From a virus: DNA of 64,000 bases. The position numbers and the translations under genes are program-made. The notes under the pieces were generated by a model. That model was not told the origin of the DNA. It did not search any database and worked only from the letters and a program-made list of their open reading frames with translations. Numbering within the stretch: position 1 is the first letter of the stretch; every line of letters starts with the position of its first letter. Of this stretch, positions 9,761 through 19,900 are shown piece after piece. The stretch spans positions 10,240-74,239 of IMG/VR virus record IMGVR_UViG_3300047373_000743. One strand, 5' to 3'.

Positions 9761-10146
9761 TGGAAGATAGGATTCCAGTTGGGATTGTTATGCCTTATCG
9801 CAGAGGGGATTCTGGTTTTTTTAAACAGACATATTCTGATATGGAACGTGCCATCAACAATTTAAAAATGTTACTAATGACGGCAAAAGGAGAACGTCCT
9901 ATGATGCCAACATACGGAAGCGATTTACGAGAAATAATATTTGAAAATAACACAGAGGGCCTTGCCGATGATTTACTAGAAGATGCCGTAAAATCTGCTA
10001 CGGAAACATGGATGCCAGAGGTGCATATAAACTCAGTTATAACTGAACGTGACTTAAGAAACCAACCAGAGAGTGTAGTTTTAAAAATAAAGTTTTTTAT
10101 TGCTAATATTCCGGATTCTGATCAAGAATTAACCATTTCAATTTAG
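9760..10146 (+). CDS. gp25: Baseplate wedge subunit / sheath initiator (gp25-like)
   Basis: NLKMLLMTAKGERPMMPTYGSDL..IFE..WMPEV. Confidence 0.9.
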   Translation: MEDRIPVGIVMPYRRGDSGFFKQTYSDMERAINNLKMLLMTAKGERPMMPTYGSDLREIIFENNTEGLADDLLEDAVKSATETWMPEVHINSVITERDLRNQPESVVLKIKFFIANIPDSDQELTISI

Positions 10147-10148
10147 AT

Positions 10149-12131
10149 ATGACAGACATAGAAAACATTGAAAAAATAAAGACAACCTCCAGAGATATAG
10201 ATTACTTAGGAAAGGATTTTAACTCATTTCGAGCCAACTTAATTGAGTACTCAAAATCATATTTCCCAAAGACATATAAAGACTTTAGTGAAAATTCAAC
10301 AGGAATGATGTTCATTGAAATGGCAAGTTATGTGGGTGACGTTTTATCATACTATATAGATTATCAGTTCAAGGAGGGTTTTATTCAACACGCAGAAGAG
10401 CGTAAAAATGTAGTTACTCTTGCAAATTACCTTGGATATCAACCAAAGCCGGCATCAGCTGCGTTTGTAGAACTTGAAGTTTTTCAACTCGTACCTTCGG
10501 TATTAGATCAAGAAACAAGCAAAGTGGTTCCGGATTTTAGATTTTCAATGAATATACTAGCTGGTATGGAAGTTCAATCATCGGAGGCCACACCAACTAC
10601 ATTCAGAACACTGCAGGCTGTAAGCTTTATGGAGGATACAAAGGAGAGTCCACGTGAAGTTTCTGTTTTTCAAAGAGACCCAGACACCAGTGAGCCAACT
10701 TTTTATTTGTTAAAAAAGAAAACTATGGCGTCCGCTGGAACTAGAAAAGTTCGTGAGGTTATGGTCGGCCCTGCTGAAGAATATTATGAAATCGAGTTAA
10801 TAGAACCAGATGTACTTGAAATAGTCAATATTGAAGATGACCGAAAAAACAAGTATTATCAAGTACCAACATTGGCCAGTGACACAATTTTCTTACAAGA
10901 TGAAAACACCCAAAAAAGAAATCCATTTTATTCAGAGTATGCAGAATCTGTACCATATGTGTTAAAACTACTAAGAACCTCCCGTAGATTTACAACCAGA
11001 GTAAATTCTGACAATACTACTACTATTGAATTCGGTCAGGGTCGTGATAAACTTGACGATGAAATAATAATTCCAAATTTAAATAATGTGGGACGGGTAA
11101 TTGAAACTGATCGTGTATTTGAGGTTGCATACGATCCAGCTAACTTTCTTAAGACAAAGAGTTACGGAGAGGCTCCTGCCAACACAAAACTTACAGTTGA
11201 ATACTATGTAGGTGGAGGTACCCAGTCAAATATAGCATCGAATACACTTAACACTATAACAAGAATTGAATATGGTGATTCGGTCGAATATTTAGATGAG
11301 TCCGATAGAAATATATTAAATCAATTAAAATCAAGTATTCGTGTTAATAACCCCAAACCAGCGTTGGGTGGCAGAGGTCCAGAGACAACCGATGAAATTA
11401 GAAAAAATGCACTTTCTTATTTTTCTGCACAAAACCGTGCAGTTACCCGTGAGGATTATGTTGTTAGAACATATTCAATGCCAACAAAATTTGGTGCTAT
11501 AGCTAAGGCGTATGTTTCACCTGACGGAATATTAGACACACGAACTCAGTTTGAGTTTATTAATAATTTAGGGGAATCTACATCAAAGTTATCTAATACA
11601 GGTTTAACAAACGCATATGGTGAAATTAACAATCCATATGCTATTAATTTATATGTTCTGAGCTATGACAAAAACAAAAACTTAGTTTCTCCAAATGAGT
11701 TGGTCTATAAAAATTTAAGAACATACCTAAATCAGTACAAACTTTTAACTGATGGAATAAATATAACCGATGCGTTTGTAGTTAATATTGGAATTGAGAT
11801 AGAGATTGCGGTTTTTAAAACATACAATAAAATAGAAGTTTTAGACGAAGTTATATCAGACGTAAAGTCTTATTTTAATATAGATAAGTGGAGCATCGGT
11901 CAGTCAATAGAACTCAGTGAGCTGGAACTTGAAATAAGTAAAGTTAGGGGTGTTAAGTCAGCAGTAAATGTTAGAATATACAATAAAACTATTAATGATG
12001 GAAACTACTCCGACAACGAATATAATTTAGAGTCGGCCACATATAATAAAGTTATATATCCATCTGTCGATCCTTGTATTTTTGAATTGAAGTTTCCTGA
12101 CCGTGACGTAGTTGGGAGGGTGGTGGAATGA
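10149..12131 (+). CDS. gp6: Baseplate wedge subunit (gp6 / baseplate J-like)
   Basis: DFNSFRANL, YVGDVLSYYID, LGYQPK, IEFGQG, GGRGPETTDEIR and QNRAVTREDY. Confidence 0.9.
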   Translation: MTDIENIEKIKTTSRDIDYLGKDFNSFRANLIEYSKSYFPKTYKDFSENSTGMMFIEMASYVGDVLSYYIDYQFKEGFIQHAEERKNVVTLANYLGYQPKPASAAFVELEVFQLVPSVLDQETSKVVPDFRFSMNILAGMEVQSSEATPTTFRTLQAVSFMEDTKESPREVSVFQRDPDTSEPTFYLLKKKTMASAGTRKVREVMVGPAEEYYEIELIEPDVLEIVNIEDDRKNKYYQVPTLASDTIFLQDENTQKRNPFYSEYAESVPYVLKLLRTSRRFTTRVNSDNTTTIEFGQGRDKLDDEIIIPNLNNVGRVIETDRVFEVAYDPANFLKTKSYGEAPANTKLTVEYYVGGGTQSNIASNTLNTITRIEYGDSVEYLDESDRNILNQLKSSIRVNNPKPALGGRGPETTDEIRKNALSYFSAQNRAVTREDYVVRTYSMPTKFGAIAKAYVSPDGILDTRTQFEFINNLGESTSKLSNTGLTNAYGEINNPYAINLYVLSYDKNKNLVSPNELVYKNLRTYLNQYKLLTDGINITDAFVVNIGIEIEIAVFKTYNKIEVLDEVISDVKSYFNIDKWSIGQSIELSELELEISKVRGVKSAVNVRIYNKTINDGNYSDNEYNLESATYNKVIYPSVDPCIFELKFPDRDVVGRVVE

Positions 12132-13351
12132 ACACATTTATATACACAAGTTCAGACGCAACAATATATAAGCATAAAAATAACGAGGATCTAAACACTG
12201 GTTTTGATGAAATATTAGAACTGAAGAATGAGTTTTCAGAAGAAGGTGGTCATCATGTTAGTCGGTTGGTTCTAAACCACGTTATAGATGCTAACAGTGT
12301 ATCTAAAACCCCCTTGATAGACTCCGAGTTTTACCTAAACTTAAAAATAACGGAATCTAGGGAACTTGCTGGAGATTCTGAGATTGAAGTGTTTCCCTTG
12401 AAGAGACCCTGGGAAGAAGGTCATGGTAGAAAATATGATGGAGTTAACAACGGGGTCACGTGGAATCTTACATCGACCGGTGTTAGTTGGTCAACCCCCG
12501 GTGGGGATTTTTACGAAGCAGATGAGTTGGAGGCTAATTACGGAATAGAAAAAATACCCACATTCACGTTCAAAAAAAGAACATCGGACGTAGTCTTGAA
12601 CATAACAGAATATGTTAAGTTGTGGATTTCTGGTCTTGTTGAAAATAATGGTATATTAGTAAAATTTAAAAACGAAGCAATTTCGTCGTGTGGTGGTGTT
12701 AGTTTTTTCTCAAAAGATACAAATACGATATATGCTCCTTATGTTAAAACTTCTTATTATGATTATATATTTGATCCGTGTGGGTGTGAAAAAATTCCAA
12801 CTATAAAGTGCAGGTACGACTCATCTACATCTGACATGGTTATCAATACCAGTGGTTCGTTGAATGAATTAAGTGAAACATTGGGTTGTATAAGTGGTAC
12901 ACACGATACAAGTGGTTCGGTGGAACTGAATCACAACATGGAGTATTCATTTGTAACAAAAAATCCAAGTATATCATATATTTCACATGACAATTTGTCG
13001 GTATCTTTAGTTGGGTTGAAATCAAAAATTTCAGCAAAAGAGCAACTTAGAATTAAAGTGGCGGTCAGAGACAAATACCCTGTAAAAACATTTAAACCAA
13101 GTTCACGATACACACACGACAATTTTGTTGACTTTCCAATTTATTATTCTGTTATAGACGCAGATACACTTGAACGGGTTTTGGATTTCAACAAATATTC
13201 CAGGATCAGTTGTAACCACACTGGTCATTATTTTGACTTTGATTTCGGGTGTCTTGCCATCGGCCGAGTTTATTATTTTGAAATTAGAGTCGAGAGTACA
13301 AATCAAACAAAGATATATACCGACAAAATAAAGTTTGTTATAGAACGATGA
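12128..13351 (+). CDS. Baseplate/virion structural protein (DNRLRE-like domain)
   Basis: DATIY..NTG, WEEG.G, W..PGGDF, NITEYVKLW..NNGILVK; position in the baseplate operon. Confidence 0.6.
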   Translation: MNTFIYTSSDATIYKHKNNEDLNTGFDEILELKNEFSEEGGHHVSRLVLNHVIDANSVSKTPLIDSEFYLNLKITESRELAGDSEIEVFPLKRPWEEGHGRKYDGVNNGVTWNLTSTGVSWSTPGGDFYEADELEANYGIEKIPTFTFKKRTSDVVLNITEYVKLWISGLVENNGILVKFKNEAISSCGGVSFFSKDTNTIYAPYVKTSYYDYIFDPCGCEKIPTIKCRYDSSTSDMVINTSGSLNELSETLGCISGTHDTSGSVELNHNMEYSFVTKNPSISYISHDNLSVSLVGLKSKISAKEQLRIKVAVRDKYPVKTFKPSSRYTHDNFVDFPIYYSVIDADTLERVLDFNKYSRISCNHTGHYFDFDFGCLAIGRVYYFEIRVESTNQTKIYTDKIKFVIER

Positions 13352-13938
13352 AAAAAAACTTAGATTTTTTAGAAAAGTATGATTTCAACCTAGAATCATA
13401 TAACGAGTATATTTCAAAAAAAATATCCAAAGATCTTCTGGATGATTTTGGTAATTTAATACTAAGTGCAAATATAGAAGAACCAAATATTACCGAAGTT
13501 GAAAAATTCGTTTTAAAAGTTCCTGCGAAAAAGAAAAAGTTAAAAAAAACACAAGTCGAACTTTTTATGGATACTCACGTAACTGAGTTCGAGGATAAGG
13601 AGGATGAGGAGGGTGTGGCATCCGATTCCGAGGGCCCTGTAGTCGACTTAGCAGATGAAATTGACAACGAGGTCAGATCACAAATTGATCAAGAGCGTAT
13701 ATTACAGACTCAACTTGATGAAATGTCAGATATTCTAGATTCCGAGATTGAAAAGGGGGTTCACTTTCAAGAAAAATCTTCAGAAAACTTCACCGCCGCA
13801 AAAAATATTATAATATCACAAAGGATTTCTGCCGGGGAAGGAAATGTTCCATCAGACTTTAGTAACAAGTTTCCCTTTTTACCTTTGGGTGAAACAACCG
13901 AATCCGAAACGGACTCATTTCCGTTTTTGTCCGAGTAA
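13348..13938 (+). CDS. Hypothetical protein (baseplate region)
   Basis: Acidic ORF coupled to its neighbours. Confidence 0.65.
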   Translation: MKKNLDFLEKYDFNLESYNEYISKKISKDLLDDFGNLILSANIEEPNITEVEKFVLKVPAKKKKLKKTQVELFMDTHVTEFEDKEDEEGVASDSEGPVVDLADEIDNEVRSQIDQERILQTQLDEMSDILDSEIEKGVHFQEKSSENFTAAKNIIISQRISAGEGNVPSDFSNKFPFLPLGETTESETDSFPFLSE

Positions 13939-13945
13939 GTGAGAC

Positions 13946-16900
13946 ATGAGTGAATACATAAAAATGGTTAAAAGACCACCCTCTAATCAAGAATTTGATT
14001 TTCCAAGATCATCGTTGGTTTCGGAAGACTTGTATAGAATTGTGGTAAGTGACAGTGATGACAGTCCTGTTTACAACTTTGGTCGAAATCCAAAGGATAT
14101 AGCAGAGTTTTCAATTTACTCAAACGATAATAAAGTAATAAAGACAAAAATAATTAAACCAGTTGATTCGTTTAAACGAAAAACTTTTGATTTTACTGAT
14201 TATGATGGAGTAAGACGAGTGGGGTCGTTATCATTGTTTGATACAAAGTATGAGGTCACGGAGGATAATGAACTTGTATTATCTCCTACACACGAACTAA
14301 GAGAGTTGGGAGAACAAGGTGGTTCTTTTTTGGTAGGTGTATCAATGAAGCAGGAATTAATAGGATCACACGAGTCCACGTCTAAACTTCTGATTCAAGA
14401 CATCTCACCAAGTAGAACAGAGATTAAGATAATACCAAGTTCACTAAAAACAAGTCTTAGACCACTTGATGTGGCTCTTAATGCAGAATATTTAAATTAT
14501 TTCAACAAAAAAATTCCGGTTTCTCATATATTTTATGAAATACCCTCGTTACTCAGTGAAACCGAAACTAGAGTGCATGTCAAAAATTTAATTGCAAATG
14601 GGTATCTTGTAGAAAACTTAAAAGAAAGACTTTATGAGTTAGTAGACTTTTATAATTTTACATCCTTAGATGGGTTTTCACATGATTGTGATGAGGTGTA
14701 TGATGAAATAAAATCTTTGTACTTAAATACATTCTTATACAACTACAATAGTACATATACCCGCGGGGAATTTTCCAATGAATACGAAAAGTGTGTCGAC
14801 TATGTTTTAAATAAAACACCCAAATTTAAAAATACTTCAGATAAATTACATACTAAGTATAAATCACTTTATAAAGAGGTTCTCATAACGATGTTCAATT
14901 TTAATAGATTGGGTGCTTTGTTTGATGAAAAATTCGAATCATATCTATCAACCAGTATGGTATTTGAAACAGGTGAACAAATTTCTGTATTATCAACAGC
15001 TCGCAGTACAGACAACATTTCTGACTCAGATAAGCACAGACCTTTGTTATTTAAACTTCAACAGCCACTGTCACAGAGCATTAAAGTCGGTGCATCATTT
15101 CATTTGCTTGGTTTATTTTATTCCGATGACATTATACAAAGAACTATTTTGTATAAAAAAGTAAAACCAAAGTTATATAAACTTAGAAATCCTGATCTAA
15201 GTGGCATTGCTTCACAAGGTACCAGAAGTTATACATCTGAGCAGTTAAATAAAAATAAATCACAAATAGAAAAGGAGTCTTTATTAAATCTCAATTCTAC
15301 TGATCCTGGCATATTGGAGAAGATAAAAGAAGTTGAAGCTGAGTGGAGAGATGAGGTATTTGGGTCACCAATAAAAATTACAGAAGAAATATCAAATTAT
15401 TTTAACAATCAAACTGAGGACTATTATCTGTCTGTTGATTATTCCGATTTTAAAAATTTCATACGATATTCATCTGCCCGTAAACGATTGGATGTTTTTA
15501 TTTTAAAATTAACTAAAATTTCAAAATATGACAGAGAGATGGAGGAAATACGAAGAGCATATAGAGGTAGCACACCCGAGAAGTTTAGCAGACTCTCATA
15601 TGACACAGAGATCGAACGATTAAACAACGAAAAAGTACAGATTTTAAATTCACTGGACGGATACGAGAGGTTTTTATATTTTGAGGACATAACCGAACTG
15701 GCCGACTCGGCTAGGGATATAAAAATACGAATAGATGAACTAATGCAAAAAAAAATCTCACAAGGAGATTCTTCGGGTGAACTTGATTCTAAAATAAAAG
15801 AATTAGAATCAGATTTGCTATACACTTATATAAGTTGGCCAAGAGCAGAATTTAATTGTGACAATGTAGATGACTGGAGTCCAAACGCAGTTGATTACAG
15901 AGAACACGATGTTGTGTATGTGGCAGACCACATTTATATACTAGTAGGACCCGAACCGGTTAGTTCACTTGATATACCCGGTGTTAGTGATAGGTGGTCG
16001 TTATTTTGTAGTTGTGAGGAGTGTGTTGGAAAAAAAATCCCACTAAATACAACATCTTATTCATTTTTAACATCACGTGACTATTATCGTCCCATGCCAA
16101 TACCTGAGGATATGGAAGCTTTCTCAAAAACAACAGGATATACCTGGTATTCTGAAAAGGCCCGTGAAGCTGAAGCATATGATAAGCAAAACGACAATTC
16201 TTTTGCCAATAACACACCTGAATTTATTATCCGCGATCCGGACAATGAAGAATATTTTGAATTTTTATCATTTATTGGTCACCAATTTGATTTAATACAT
16301 TTGTATGTAGAGGGGGTCGGTACTATTAAAAAACCTCTTAACAACCCTGATAAAGGAATTCCAAACGAATTGGTCTCTCATATGCTTGGATATTTTGGTG
16401 GGAGTTTTGAAGGGTATGATGAAGGGGAAATAAATTCACTGGCACGTGATATTAAGACAGATGAGGAACTTGCATTTGTTAAGAAATTTAAACAAAAAAA
16501 ACACTTAGTGTGGAGACGTATACTAAATAATTTACCATATATTTTAAAAACAATAGGAACAGAAAAATCCATTCGTGCTTTGTTTAGGTGTTATGGAGTA
16601 CCAGATTATTTATTTAAAATACGAGAGTTCGGGGGAATTGAATACAACACCGAAACCAGTGATAAGGTATTGTATACATTTGATTCGTTTGACTATTTTC
16701 TTAAAATTGAAAGAGATAATCAGTATATAGAACTCGACTGGAAAACTGAAACATATCAGTCAAGGTGTGTGGAATTAAAATTTTCATTTAATGAAGATTT
16801 ATGTGACATAACATCTGATATAGAAATTTTAGCATCAAAGAAGGATCTGACGGAAAACCAATCAGTTTCCACGAATTGGAGTTTTGGGTTCACACCCGAA

Positions 16901-19900
16901 TCAACAAAAAATAACACCACCTCAGAACAACATGGTTGGGGTAGGTTTTATATTAAAATCGGCCAATTTATTACATATCTGGCAGATATAGAAGGCAATG
17001 AGATGGTATATGGATTTTCGTCAAAAGAATTTAATGTACTGATTCAGGTAGTTGAATCCGAACGATGGACCGATTCTGGAGTAGAAGCTTTTGTAAAAAG
17101 ATACTCCGATGAAGATTTAGTTTACAACGGATATTCTAAAATAGCTCTACCTCGCACAGATATAAATAATTTTCTAGGTTCACCAAAACTCATTTTCGGA
17201 AATTATTATGGTTCTAATTTTTTCGGAACACTTGATAGATTGCGAATATATACAAAACCAATTAAAGAAGTTCGGTTTGAAAACCACATAAAGTTCAATC
17301 AATCGTATGATGTGGATGACCCATATGAACTGGACGACATCTTGGTGTTTAAGGCCAATTTTGATTTTCCATATAAACTAAATGATTTATTGGGTAGTTG
17401 GGACGAAACAAAAACCGATTACATATCAGGTGACAAGGTTTTATATGGTGAGAATGTATTTGTGTATGTAGGAGTGGGTGATAACAATACCAATGGCCAA
17501 CCGGATGAATCTCCTGCGTGGGAGTTGGATCAATCTGGAGTGGAGTCTCATATACAAAACACTTCATTTAGAAAAGATTCACCTGAGTGGGCAACTGTGT
17601 ATAATTTTACTAGTGTCGACTATCCATATGACTTCGGTGGAAGTAACAAGAGAAACTTTGCCAAACTTCCCGCATACGGTTCACAGGTTTTTAATAATAG
17701 TAAAATTAGAATTGAGACTCAGACACTTGAAACTCAGTTGTCTGTGTCAAAGAGGAGTACTAAAAAAAGTGGTGATCGGTTAACAATTGATACCAACAAA
17801 CTTGGAGTTTACTTTAGTCCATCTGATTTAATTAATCATGAAATTTTAAGATTTTTTGGTGATTTCGATCTCGGAGACTATATAGGAGACCCGTCTGAGT
17901 TGTACAATGAAACTTATAGTGGATTTAATGAAATCAAAAATTTATTTTTCAAAAACGGGTTTGGTAGAATTGATTTTTCTTATTATCTATCTATTTTAGA
18001 ATCATATTTAGACCCATCTTTGTTTAAAAATATAGAAAAAATAATTCCGGCCCGTACACTATTAGTTTCTGGGTTGGTAGTAGAACCATCTTTACTTGAA
18101 AGAAGTAAAATTCAAAGACGGCCGATTGATAACGAGTTAGTGGTCTATGACGATATCCACATAAATGTAGGTATCAGAAACAAAAATATAACAGATTTGG
18201 CTAACAATAGATCTTATTATGATCTAGACAACGAAAACGCACATTGCCTGCAATTAAATATAGCACATACAACACAGACTTCAAATACATATCCATCTGA
18301 GTTTAATTCTAATGTATATGAAAATATTCCAGACGATTTAATGTATGGAATTAGTTCGTATCGTGGTACATTTTCCAATCATATAGCATCGTTTGACAAT
18401 AAGTCATATGAACGATATGTAAAAATAGATAAACAGTCACGAAAATACAATTCACTGAGAATATACGGGAGTGTGCTTAAGAATTCAAATTTGGATTGTC
18501 AAATTTTCGGAACGGTCGGGGGTTCACACAATCCTTTGTTTTATGTTCACAAAGATGTTACATTAAATGGAATTGCATTGTATGACAATCTTATATCACC
18601 GGAACAATATATAAATGATTATGCTCCGTTTTCATTTTCATTTTCTGGACACATGATATCGGGTCGTGTCCATGGCTGGGCCAACATAACTATTCAAAAC
18701 GGAACAATTAAAAACTTTATTGTAAATGGAAGGTTCGGTGGCACGCTGTTTTCTGAGTGTGATTTAAGACTTGCATCATCTCAATTCTCAGATGATATTG
18801 ATAGAATAATTTATAAAAAACAACTATCACCAGCTCCGACAAAAAGTACAGCATCGAAAACAGACTCTTTGTATACTAAGATACTTTCAAACAAGACAAC
18901 CTCTGAAATAAATTTAATCAAAATTCCAGACACAATATCTCACAGATTTTCTCTTAATATAGATAATAATACATTTTTTACATTAAGAAATAATTCAAGA
19001 CAGTATATAACCGCAGAAGGATTATATAGATGTAGGATACATATGTTTGTTGCAAGTGAGTTAACCCCACCTCCAATTTGCACATTTAACGTCAGTTGGA
19101 CACGAATAGATGACCAAACGAATAAAGAGAATGATGTTTTAAATTTTAAAAGGTCTGCCTATGATTATGTACACAATTTAAAATTATCTGAATCAACCGA
19201 TTTATCTAAAATTAAAAGTGCGTTTGAACTTCCTGAGCTGGTGGTGACTGACACAACAAAACTAACTACTTCCTATAAAAAAACCGAAGCAGAGTATTCA
19301 TGTGAAGAGAGGTCCGGTAGATATGAAGTTCCTGAAATTATTAATCGCACGAAGGTTACTTCCGAATCTAATATACTGGATGCTCATCTAGGTGATGTGA
19401 TCCACAGAAAATCATATAAAATTCCTTTTAATTTTAATCAATCACTAAAAACTGACAAAGATACACATGAGTCTGACATTAAGTTAGGTGTAAACTACGA
19501 TGGGGTTATGCTAAACATTGAGGTCACAGACTCAAACGAACTTGTGTATAAAACTAATATTTTGCAGTATAAACTAACCGATTTACACGATTTAACCAAC
19601 ATAAATTTTAGTGAAGGTGAGTTGAGTGTTGTTACGACAAATAACTTTTCGGCAACAGTCGGTGATGTAGTTTTATTAACAGATTCAGTTTGGTCTGCTG
19701 AGAGTGGTTTGTTATTTAACTTAAATGAAACTTATTATACATTTGTACACACAGAAGATGTTAATGGAACACACAAACGAATTGTCCTTTCCATACCAGA
19801 ATATATGAAAAACTGGCCAAATTCTGTTGAATATGTGGGTGGAGGGACAATACACAAGTTGCCGTCTGAAGTGGAGTATTATCATAAAATTAGAGGGGTT

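Noticed and set aside
15747-15755. A9 run as a frameshift site in the 2581-aa gene
   Set aside because: The reading frame continues uninterrupted and no alternative long frame opens there.
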